NCBI RefSeq assembly: GCF_037042905.1
Contig: NC_087263.1
Coordinates: 9,860,001-9,924,000 of the forward strand
Length of the DNA stretch: 64,000 nucleotides
Source of the DNA: Lytechinus pictus
Taxonomy: Eukaryota
Direction of reading: 5' to 3'
Positions 52,832-64,000 of the stretch are shown piece by piece. The notes under the pieces are model-generated. The model was not told the DNA's origin. It made no database searches and worked only from the letters and a program-made list of their open reading frames with translations. Within the stretch, counting starts at the first letter, position 1. The number at the start of each line of letters is the position of its first letter. A program made the translations under genes and the position numbers.

Positions 52832-55299
52832 CACCAAAAGTCATTTTGGCCAATTTCAGATTTTTAATTTTTGTCATGCCCACTGAAAGATAACACTTTG
52901 AAGAATACTTCAGCAAAATATTTCATTCGGGAATTTGCTTAAAGCTTGTTAATTTCCTACCTTAAATCGTAAAATGTGACATTTTGCGAAATGTCGCGTA
53001 TATGACAACCTAGTTGAAAAACAGCCCATTTCATAGGAGGTTTTTCATGTAGGAATCTGAAATCGCTCCCACATAATCCTGATATATATTTTGTTCGTGA
53101 GGAAAGGGTTCAAAGTAGATAAAAGACACCTTTCAGGGGGGTTATATGATGATTATTCCTCGAAATAGGATGAAAATCCGTGTTTTTTGCATTTACATTT
53201 AGAAACGTTTAAATTTCCGTGGATTTCCGTTTAAATTCAATAAGCATCATTTTTACCAAAGTCTAAGCTTTAAGTCGATACCAAATTTGGCTGCCCGTTT
53301 TCATGTTAATAAAGCCGATTTTACTTGACACAACACCCCAAAAACCTGTTCAAAAACGGACATTTTTATACCGCGCAGTCATCGTAGCGCACCGTATGGG
53401 TGTACATTGCCGTTCGCTTTTGCACGGCGAAGACGATTCCCCTTCCATTTCATGAAAATGACATGAATTCCATGCATAATATAAACAAAATAAAGGTTGG
53501 TAACGCAAATAAGGGCATACCCACAACTTTTCCAGAGATAAAACTTACTTGTAAAAAAATTTTAACCAAAAACCCTCCTCATAGTAATACATTCGTGGTG
53601 TTATATATTCTGCGTTTTACACAATTCAACACAGCTATATAAAGCACGGTTAATATTTTTCAGATTTTAAAGTTTATTTTTTAAATAAATCTAATGATCA
53701 TTTAAATGCCATATCATTATTTTCGGCATCTCATACACACTTTTTAGGCATATGAGAGGCATAAACCAACATTCACTCTTGTCAATCTTAAAGTAGCATA
53801 CAACACAGAGTTTATACATGTATACTACACATTGTTTAGCGTAATTTATCTTTTCACAGATAGGTTTTAAGGAGCCAATCAAAATTTTGTATCAAGGTGA
53901 CGTATATATGAAATATAAAAAGACAATAGGTAGGCCTACTTGGCAAATAGTGCGAGCGCACAAAATGTTGCAAATGTTGACTCAAACCATAAAACGGACA
54001 TTTTCCAGATCACTTAAAAACACTAATTGGTTAATAAAACAAAATAATGAAAGATCGATGTCCGAGCTGAATTATATTTTGTATATTGATATAAAAAACT
54101 TGATATTTTAAACTACATATCAGCCTATTGAGCAATATATGAATCTCATCAAACAGGCAATGCGAGCGCGATGCGCGAGCGAAACTTTAATATAGTGACA
54201 TTAAATATTTTTAAAATTTTTTTCCAAGTCTTCTCCTCACTCGTCTTCCTCCTTTTAGGTTTCGTCTTCTTTTTTTCTCCTGTCTTTCCCCCTTTATTTT
54301 CTTTCCCCGTTTTTCCCAATTTATTTGCTCTGTCAATAGGGGGAGGTTGCCCTCGGGCCGCCTCGATCCGCCTATGTTAGTAGTTGTTATGATGAACACG
54401 ATGCATATCTATCAAGAAATGAATTCGACCGCGAAGCGCTAGCTGAAAACTTGTATAACGATGAAATGAAAAATACATTTTCAGTTGTCAGGTTAGAATA
54501 TCAAATATTTTCAGCTTGTGCTTCTCGTTCGCATAAAAAACTGTAAGGTCGGGATGCGTACATAACTAAACAATTTATTGATGCCAGCGCGAAGCGCGAA
54601 CTCAATTTTTTATATACTGACTTAAGAAGGACTAAGGTATAATTCCTATTCTAATTGCTTGTCCCTTCTCTTCCCTTTTTCTGTTTCTAACCCCTTTTTG
54701 CGCCACCATGGGGGGGGGGGGGGAAATCTTTGCCCCCTGGATCGGCCTATGTATGTTGACTTGAAAAACACTATACATGTGGGATTGAAGCAGAGGATAA
54801 ATACCTCATTAATCAAATATTGCGAGCGCGTAGCGCGAGCTGAATTTGATAATAACCCTTTTTTGTGACCCTGAACAGGGTATCTATCTCGCTAAACAGA
54901 CTTAAAACTCGAAAACATTGTTTTTGTCTGTTATCGTAAAAACGGGATATTTTAATTCAGCCGCATTAATTTAAGTTTTTTGGGCAGGACATATATTTCA
55001 CTATAAACAGGCAATACGAGCAATGTTGCGCCCCCGGTCGAAAATGAATTTGCATGAAACCCTCTAAGTTCAAGGTCAATTTGGCGCCCTCGGTTGAACA
55101 TAAACTTGGCGCCCCCATGTGAAATATAACTTTGCCCTCCCTCCCCGTCTCTGAAACATGTATTTGTCGCATTATGGTCAAAATTCAAATTAGCGCTCCC
55201 CTAGTTCGAACATCAATGTGGTGCCCCGCTAGATCGAACATCAATTTTGCGCCCCATAGTTCGAACGTCATTTTGGCGCCATCAAATCGACGTCCGGGT

Positions 55300-56060
55300 A
55301 AAAATCTCCCTCTTCCGTTTCCCTTCTCCTCTTCTTTCTCTTATCCTCATTCCCCTTCCTTCCTTTCTCTTTCTTTCTCTCTTTCTTTCCCCCTCTTCCT
55401 TTCCCCCTTTTCTTCTCTTTTTCCCCCATCTTTTCTTTCCACCTTTTCTTCTCTTTTTTCTGTCTTTTCTTTCCCTCTCTCTTTTCTCGTTTTTCCTCTC
55501 TTCCCCCCTTACTCTCTCTCTTTTCTTCTCTTTTCCTCTCTTCCTCTCTCTCTCTTTTTTATCTTTCTTCCCATCTTCCTTTAAAAAAAAAATATTATTC
55601 TCTTCCTTGCTCTTTTTTCTTCTTCTTTTTCCCCTTTTCCTTTTTCCGTTCTTTTCCCTCTCCCACTTTTTTCTCTTTCCCCCTTTACTTCTCCCTTTTT
55701 TTTTCCTTTCCCCCTTTTTTTCTCTTTTTCTCTTTTTTTCTTCTCTCCCTCCCCTTCCTTCCTCCCCCTCTCTCTCTCTCTCTCCTTATCTTTCTTCCCA
55801 TCTTCCTCTATTTAAATATTCTTCTCTTCCTTCCTCTTTTTTTCTTCTTTTTCCTCCTTTTCCTTTCTTTTTTTCTTTTCCTTTTCCCTCCTCTTTTTTT
55901 CTCTTCTTTCCCCTTTTCTTCTCCCTTTTCTTTGTCTTTCCTTTCCCCGTTTTCTTCTCTTCCTCTCCTTCTTACTCTCTTTTCTATTTTCTTCTTTTCC
56001 CATCTTCCTCTTTCTTTTTTTTACTATCTCCCTTTTCCCCTCTTCCCCCCTCTTTTTTGA
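55300..56060. repeat. ~750-bp polypyrimidine low-complexity tract
   Basis: Almost exclusively C/T on the + strand. Confidence 0.95.
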
Positions 56061-56199
56061 GCTGGGGTGGGGGGGGGGGAGGCAGTTCCCCCTCGGCCCC
56101 CCATGGATCCGCACCTGATAAAACCCCATGGCCTCGTATCATTTGACCTCTGGACCTCTCGATGACATTTTATATATCTGATCATAATTTTACACACAC

Positions 56200-56317
56200 T
56201 GCGGACAATCGGACCCGCGGTCTATCAGACCCGCGGACTATCGGACCCGCGGTCTATCGGACCCGCGGTCTGACGGACCCGCGGTCTATCGGACCCGCGG
56301 TCTATCGGGATGTACCC
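56200..56317. repeat. 16-bp tandem array (GGACCCGCGGTCTATC); probable orphan transposon terminus
   Basis: About 6-7 units ending in CGGGATGTACCC. Confidence 0.8.
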
Positions 56318-56899
56318 ATCTATGATATGTAATTTTTTATTAATCGTTACTTTAACGCCTAATACTAATCGGTCGCATCCGAGAATGAATCAACAATGCC
56401 ACTCCAGGCTTTGCGATCTTACCTGAGAGTTGGTAGATTACTCAAAAGATTATTTGCTCCACTACATGTGCAATTAAAAAAGTTAAGGTATTTGTCCTGT
56501 GATTGTTTTTAATGGAAGCGCAACAAAAGTACATTCTTACTACGGAAATAGTGACCGTGCATCTTATCTTTAATGTTTAATTACGGAAGTGGAGATAGAT
56601 GGAAGATCTCCATAACTTATTTGAGCATTTGTTTTGTGATATATGCTACTGATATTTCGTACCCTCATTAAAAGTCGTGTATATGTGCGATAAACAAAAG
56701 AATACTTTATACACATGCCCTAAACAGGGAGAATTTTGTTGATGGAGAAATATTTGATTCCGAAATCAAATGCAGTTTTTAAAACATGTATTCCATGCAA
56801 GAGTCTTTCTTTAAAATCTTGAGTCGCATGACCCTTAATATTTAAAATCAACTTCTTTAGGCTTGGTCCCTTTCCTTGCTAGTATAATTGCATGATCAT

Positions 56900-57695
56900 T
56901 TACTTCATTAAATGTCAGGAACGCTGTCTTTTGGAAGTTTAAGCAAATACCTTTGATATCATGAAGAAGCTGTACTTTTCTATGATTTTACCTTACATTG
57001 ATTACTGTATTACATCTTGGGGAAGCAGTGCTAAAGTACATTTAGATAAGATACAAAAACTTCAAAATAAATATGCCAGAATGCTTTTGAAAAAAGATTA
57101 TAATACATCACAAATTTCTTTGTTGCAGTCACTGAAGTGGCAATCAGTAGATCAGCGTATAAAATATCAGTATTGTGTTCTTGTATATAAAATAATGAAT
57201 GATTTAGTTCCAAATTATTTAAAACCTTTAGTATGTAAACGGCCCGTGAAATACAGGACACGGTTTTCTTTACGATGCCCCCTTCAGCTTCCCAAAGCTA
57301 GAATTGAACATAAAAACAAATCTTTCGCATATGTCGGACCCAAATTATTTAATGCACTTCCTTCAAATTTACAAGTTTGTACCTCCTTGTTAGTTTTTTT
57401 TTAAAATTATGCAAAGCCTTTCATACGAATTGATAAAGAGCGAAATGATATTCCATTGATTTACAATGCTATGTATGTTTTAATTATCACTTCCCACTCT
57501 ATATTTTGGTGTTAATTGTTTCTGATGTTAGATATTTTGTATTTTGTATTTTTGATGTTTGTTGTTGTTGTTGCTGTTCATAGTTATCTTGACATGTATT
57601 TTAAACTGCAGGGCGCCTTTGTAAAGTAGTTTTAAGAACTGAACAGGCCTACCCTGCAGTATAAAATAAATAAAACGAAATAAATATAAATAAAT
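56900..57695 (+). mobile_element. 5'-truncated CR1-group (L2/Crack-like) LINE 3' end
   Basis: ORF 56961-57404 (LYFSMILPYIDYCITSWG...KLQNKYAR...SFAYVGPKLFNALP); 3' stem CAGGGCGCCT...AGGCCTACCCTG and A-rich tail. Confidence 0.85.
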
Positions 57696-58295
57696 TGGCC
57701 TTTTTAATCAAAATTCTTCTCATCTAACTTGTAAAGCGATTTATAGAGATAAAATGCTTATATAAACGGCGTTCTTAAACAGGTGGAATGAGATATGTTT
57801 TTTTTTCATGATCGCTACGTCGCCGAGCATGACACTGAAATTATTTTATTATCGGGTTGAGGTCGGGGAGGACGGTTTGATATTGGAAACATTGATACTA
57901 GACCAAGAACATTAGGTTTAACATGGACATTTCTGATAACAGGCTGGTGTTTTCAGGAAATGGTCAAGGAATAGTTTCCAATCTGTTATGTCATTTTCCT
58001 TCTTTCGTTTGTGCCCGACCTCGCATATTTTTCAAGCCACCAGAACCCCCCCCCCCAAAAAAAATCATTTAGGAAACATTGCATAAACACTTAGCATCTG
58101 ATATGAATGATATTTCAGTTTTTTTCGGCTTGCATGATTTTTGTTACCACCAATTTTAACAATTGTATTGAATATTCTGATAGACTTGCTCGTTAGATTA
58201 TATCACTGGGTAATTCCAGTCATTCGCCACAATATAAATTATGATTAATGCATTGATGATGAAAAAAGATTGTTTTCATATTCTTTTCTTTACAG

Positions 58296-61151
58296 ACAAA
58301 AAGGAATCAACGCATCACTTATGAAAACCTACTGGAACCCATATATACAACAATATTAGGCATGTTAGGAGTTTTGAATACTATGCATAGTGGTAGCAAT
58401 GCCCATGCAACCAATGGAGATAACTTTTTGTGTAACCTCCCTACATCGCAACGACCTAACGGAGATGTAGACAATATGTCTCAGGGCAGCGGTAGCGCTC
58501 CGATGTCCCCACCGATCATCACTGGGAACATCATTTTTTATGGAGATTCCATTATAGAGAAACGGAGAAGCCTTGCTTTGGAGCTTAAGGATTTGAAGAA
58601 AGAGGTAGAATCTCTTTATTCGGTCTCATCAGAACGATCGTCCAACCGTGACATAGACCAAACAGATGAGAAAGGATGCACTTCGCTCTACAAAGCGGCT
58701 AAACGAGGTCAGTTTTTAAAGGTTATAAACCTCGTTGGAAGCGGAGAAGACCCAAATAAAGCAAATGAAGACGGACGCAGGGCTCTCCATGTAGCTGCTG
58801 AAGAAGGACATCAGGATATCGTAAAATTCCTCGTGGTTCAGGGAGCAGACGTGAATGCCGAATGTGATCTGAGTCAGACGGCTCTTCATGCTGTTATGCA
58901 CAACGATCAATGTATCTCCGCAGCGGCAACAGGTATGGGTCACTTGAACATCGTAAAATATCTAATTGAAGAAGGATCTAAAATTGACAAACGGGATCAT
59001 CGTGGTTACACTCCCCTTCACATTGCAGCTGCAAAAGGTTATCTTGAAATCGTCAAATATCTTACAGGCCAAAAATGCTCTGTGAAAGAAGTCGATAATG
59101 CAGGTTTAACACCATTATCTCTGGCAGCTAAACATGGCCATTTAGATACCGTCAAGTACCTGGCGGATGGGAGGGTTGATGAAAAGGCAGCATGCTCTGT
59201 AGCATCTAGATCTGGTCATCGTGATATCGCCGAGTTCTTCGTATATCGCATTCTACTTCGTTCTGCATCTTCTCATGGGGACTTGGATACCCTAAGGCAT
59301 CTCTTGCATAAAGGATTTGATATAAATAGTTGCTTTGGGAAAGGCTGGACACCGTTGGAATATGCAATCCAGAATGACAAATGTGAGGTCATAGACTATC
59401 TGCTTACGAATGGAGCGAACCAGTGTAATGAAGAGAGTCCACTCTACATGGCATCTCGACTTGGCCACTTGGATGCAGTAAAGGTTCTGATTTCAAGAGG
59501 GATTTCAGTAAATGTGGAGAGTCACGGAGGACAGATTCCTCTTCACGCTGCTTCTGCCACCGGCAGAATCCAAGTGGTTAAAATTCTCATTGAGAACGGA
59601 TCGGATTTGAACAAGACTGACATCGACGGTTCCACACCACTACACGCAGCGGTCCAAAATGGCCACCTGGAAGTCGTTGAATATCTCATGAGAAAAGGAG
59701 CGATAGACATCAAAAATAGAGGAATGACTTCTCTCTACACTGCAGCTCAAAGTGGTCACTTAGATATAGTTGATCTTTTCCTTTCTAATGGCTCTGATTT
59801 GAATGAAGAAGATGACACTGGGTGTATTCCTCTTCATGCTGCTGCAGCCAGTGGTTCACTTAAGATCGTCGAAATGCTCATCAATCACGGATCAAACGTG
59901 AACAAGATGGCCGACAATGGTTGGACTCCCTTACACGCGGCAGTCTACAGTGGCAGGTTGGATGTTGTACAATATCTGATTTCCCATGGAGCTACCAAAA
60001 CGAGTTTAAAAGGAATGACTCTCCTCTACATTGCTGAACATCGTGGTCACATAAACTTAATAAAGTACTTTGCCACCACAGGGTGTGATGTAAATGACGG
60101 AACAGATAGCGGTAAAACCCCTTTTTTGGCTCCCTCTTATAGTGGTGAAATGGATTCCGTGGAAATGCTGGTTAACCATGGTGCCTATATTAATCAGTCT
60201 GACAGAAACAAATGGACACATGTCCACGCAGCGGCACAAGAAGGAAATTTGCGAGTAGTTACCTACCTGATAAAAAATGGAGCAGACACAAATGCCAAAG
60301 ATACATATGGAATGACAGCACTTCAAGCAGCAGAAGATGGAGATCATGAAGATGTCAAACAATATATCATCAGGTTGAGGGCAAAAATGCAAGAAGAACG
60401 ACATAACGATACACAGAAGGCAAATGGAATGACACCACTACAAGCAACAGAAGATACAGGTCATCAAGATGTCCAACAACGTCTCATTCAGTTCAGAGGA
60501 GGGATGCAAGATGAACAGCATAAAAATACAGATAAGACAGATGGAATGACACCACTTCAAGTAGCAGAAGATACAGGTCATCAAGATGTCCAACAACGTC
60601 TCATTCAGTTCAGAGGAGGGATGCAAGATGAACAGCATAAAAATACAGATAAGACAGATGGAATGACACCACTTCAAGTAGCAGAAGATACAGGTCATCA
60701 AGATGTCCAACAATGTTTCATTCGGTTGAGAGCAGACGTGCAAGATAAACGGTATAACGATACAGAGAAGACAGATGGGATGACACCACTTCATGTAGCA
60801 GAAGATACAGGTCATCAAGATGTCCAACAACATTTCATTCGGTTCAGAGGAAGGGTGCAAGATGAAAGGCATAAAGATACTAAGAAGACAGATGGAATGA
60901 CACCACTTCAAGCAGCAGAAGATCCAGGTCATGCAGATGTCCAACAATGTCTAAATCAGTTGGGATCAGAAATGCACAATGAACGGCATAATGATACAGA
61001 TAAGAGCTTTCGATCTGAAGGAAACTCCCCAGAGGAATTCACATGTTCTTGGATGCCCGAAGTCTCCGCTTCTAACAGGTTGCCTGGCATTAATAGCGAG
61101 TCCTCCTATTCAAAGTCCTCAAATGTCCTGAAGGCTTCTATTTCTACGGAA
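58296..61151 (+). CDS. Large exon of an ankyrin-repeat membrane protein gene (many ankyrin repeats plus six 39-aa repeats)
   Basis: Acceptor ttcttttctttacag|58296; frame open from there (ATG at 58362); repeated G.TPLH.AA..GH..IV..L...GA motifs; donor GAA|GTAAGT at 61151/61152, phase 0. Confidence 0.92.
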
Positions 61152-61672
61152 GTAAGTATACTTCACGCTTGTATAAAGTTTATTTTACACCCTACACGTA
61201 GGCCGTAAAGTAAAGAAAACAAGGCATTAGAGATAAATTGATTTCATAAGACGTGAAAACATATTGATATTTAATTGTTGATTACATTTAGTCTCTTTTA
61301 GTGATAAACTGAATACTTGTTTTCAATATGAATGAAATGTTCTTAATGCAGATTTGAATTAGCAGTCAGATGAAAAATATTAAAAATATCACGTTTCAAG
61401 TCCTCAACTATTTACGTCTAGTTCGGTTCCTTAACCAAAATACAGCATTCTGAGCAGTGTATTCTTGTAATATAGAACCATTTGAATGATAAATTCACTG
61501 TTCAATGCATAATAGAGCAATAAATACTTAACCTATTAGCAAAACCCTTACTACATTTTATCTATACAGATGAAATAATGTCGCTATCAGTTCCCCCGCC
61601 ATTGCATGTAAGCTAATGTAATTAATTAATTATAATTATATTCATTGCATAATTCATTAGGCCTAGTCTTAA

Positions 61673-62387
61673 CCCTAAGAAGACGGGGGGGGGATGATTC
61701 AGCCCCCCCCCCTCGACATTTTTTCGCGATAAATCCGCCGCGCAATTTTTTTTACCGCGTCGCTCGCTGACTTTTTTTTTCTTTCAAGTCTCGCGCAACA
61801 TTTGAGACCAAAATCGTGACCCCCAGGTACGCGGTTCCGAAATTATACAACATTTCGTAAGTGTATGCAGACCCAAAATTGCTCAAAAACGTGAATTTGT
61901 GTACAAATCCAATGCAAATAGTTTTTCTTTTTTCTTTTAATGCTTAAAATCAATTAAATTTATCTTGTTTATGGTCAAAATAAAGTCCCATACAATTTCA
62001 TTTGAAAAAAATAAACAAAAAATCGAAAAACATAGAAACACATAAAATATTTAGCAAACAATAAAGTACATAAGAAAATAAATGTGATGTTGACATATTT
62101 TTTTTTATCAGATGCCTATAAAGAGTATGTGAAACAAAAATTACCATTTTGGGGCATTACTTTGTGAATTAAAGCAAACTTATGATTTTACGCATAAATT
62201 AGCATAATTAATGAAGCATTAGATTTTTCGCAAAATTTCATATTAAAGTTTTGAAGATAATGCCATGGGTAACGCGCGTGCCAATTTTCGTTGCGCTCGC
62301 GCGATCGACGGTCGAGATCACAAGGGGGGGGGGGGTGAATCAGCCCCCAGTCTTCTTGGGCGTCGAAATAGCCCAGTTTATTTAGGG
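61673..62387. mobile_element. Intact piggyBac-like MITE in an intron
   Basis: TTAA|CCCTAA...TTAGGG|TTAA; homologous to 35779-38567. Confidence 0.85.
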
Positions 62388-62446
62388 TTAACATACAACT
62401 ACACAATGCCATACTTGAACATGATCTTTTTATGTTTTACCAACAG

Positions 62447-62514
62447 AACCCCTTGCGAACTCTGAGAGAGATACCTTACCCCGACATTTTGAAGACAACT
62501 ATTCGCTCTACGCG
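62447..62514 (+). CDS. 68-nt internal exon (NPLRTLREIPYPDILKTTIRST)
   Basis: ttttaccaacag acceptor, CG|GTAAGA donor, phase 0 to 2, open frame. Confidence 0.7.
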
Positions 62515-62656
62515 GTAAGAGCCTGTGGTTTGAAGTTATAACACCTTATCTTACATTTCTTACGAATACCTTCTATCCTTTTAAAGATATTCACCTCAGA
62601 AATTGAAAATAATCCCAATCTGTGCAAAACATATTATGTTTCTTATCATGTTTCAG

Positions 62657-62777
62657 TGTGTCTTGTGTCTCCAGACAAAAAACACAACATGGATGTGGGG
62701 TACCAGCTACGGACGATTTTCCTGTCACCAGCATGACCAATGAAAACGAGGCAGGAGATCTAAAACCGGGAATAAAG
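62657..62777 (+). CDS. 121-nt internal exon (VSCVSRQKTQ...DLKPGIK); alternative in-frame donor at 62819
   Basis: tgtttcag acceptor, AAG|GTAACC donor, phase 2 to 0, which restores the frame. Confidence 0.65.
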
Positions 62778-63263
62778 GTAACCCTTCACAGGACTACCGG
62801 GAATGGAACAGCCACAGAGGTTCGGATGTTGCTTTGTTCGTTGGGATCCAATGCAAATTTTAAAAAATCAAGGGCATGTCCCCCAAAATCTATGCCCCTG
62901 TTTTTGTATTTGGAACAAAAGGTGCATTTATGCATCATCTGCCTTAGCAGTGTTGGTTTAGTGTTAAGTTTTGTCTTGATCGAAATAGTTTGATCGAGGA
63001 TTTTGAATTATCTTATGTTCCTGTTCCATTTCATTATTGCAGATTTATCAGTAACATGGATCAATATTGTTCATTATCTTTTTTCTCTCTGATTTTTTTT
63101 ACGTCTCTCGATTCTTTACCATGAACTAAATCATATAGCGTTTGACTTTCAAAGTACCAGATTATTTAGAAAAGAAGACGACGTACGAAAAAAGTGTAAT
63201 TTAAATGGCCCTCCGAATCCACGACATGACTAATTCTCGTATACTATCATATCTTTCTTACAG

Positions 63264-64000
63264 AGCAAACGTCGAAACACTGATAATTGTTTTTCGACCC
63301 TGACTGTCCTCCATCGGGCTATTCTAGCTTTGGTCTTCTACTTTGCCTTTTTTCCAATACTCGTAGCAGGCAACTTAAGGCTGACCGACCCGGTTACGTT
63401 GGAAGTAGGTACACGTGGCGTAGTTACATTCCATCTCCAGCGACCATCCAATACACTGCAGTTTTCTCTTTATTACAAGATTCAGTTCGAATCGAAACGT
63501 CGTCCATTCTGCATCGATGGACAATATGATCCTGATGGCTTTAAAGATCCCTCTCAAGAATCAAGATTTACCACCACTATTATAAACAGAAATACATCTC
63601 CCAGTGTGAAAATGAGAATAGATGACGTTGATTACCGAGACGAAGGTCGGTACATACTCGAGGCTGTGTGGCATAGTGGGGAGAACATTCTGTATGATAC
63701 TCAGAAGAAGAAGGTTATAGTACAGCGTTCCCCCGGTCCAGCAGATTGCTTCATCACTTCGAGTGATAGTGAGCATCCAAAAGAAGTACATTGTCGGGCC
63801 AAGACTGGAAGTATGCCAACAACATTTACGTGCTACCAGAACGACCGGGATCTCGAAGTACATAGCATTACACATAATGGGCACACCACCAGAGGTATAT
63901 TCTTCCTACCCGATACGACACATTTCTCCTGCTGTTCACATGGCATAAAATCCACTGTAGGTGCTGCAAAGTGCAGTCACTTTCAGTGGTCCCCTGGTCA
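63264..64000 (+). CDS. Exon encoding a hydrophobic TM/signal-like segment, a V-type Ig-like domain and a second Cys-rich Ig-like domain; runs off the window
   Basis: ctttcttacag acceptor, phase 0; 245 stop-free codons: SKRRN...AILALVFYFAFFPILVAG...VTLEVGTRGVVTFHL...SVKMRIDDVDYRDEGRYIL...VIVQRSPGPADCF...EVHCRAKTG...FTCYQ...FSCCS. Confidence 0.85.

Noticed and set aside
55132..56146. Phe/Leu/Ser/Pro-rich ORFs up to 299 aa
   Set aside because: A polypyrimidine tract lacks stop codons by composition
56197..56203. CACTGCG as the right end matching the RSS-like motif at 52804
   Set aside because: Heptamer mismatch, no subterminal similarity and no CGTTG duplication
60438..60947. Antisense 169-aa repeat ORF
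   Set aside because: Shadow of the 117-bp coding repeats
61152..61208. C-terminus and stop of the 948-aa ORF as the true gene end
   Set aside because: A strong GAA|GTAAGT donor and phase-compatible downstream exons suggest read-through into the intron; a short isoform is not excluded

Overview
AT-rich eukaryotic (animal) genomic DNA. The repeat landscape is consistent with an invertebrate deuterostome such as a sea urchin; this is inference, not proven. Roughly 58 kb is a dense, nested set of transposon remnants. It includes two ~3.8-kb non-coding foldback elements, two MULE-like elements with 15-bp repeat ends, many MITEs, a Penelope-like retroelement remnant with a minimal hammerhead ribozyme motif, a Deu-type SINE and several LINE fragments. 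The only well-supported host gene is on the + strand from ~58.3 kb and runs off the window end. Four phase-compatible exons join an ankyrin-repeat region, a hydrophobic TM/signal-like segment and Ig-like domains. The last exon is absent from the ORF track because it has no stop inside the window. A lone RSS-like sequence (CACAGTG-12 nt-ACAAAA) lies at 52804. Superfamily calls rest on termini and TSDs read by eye; no database search was run.
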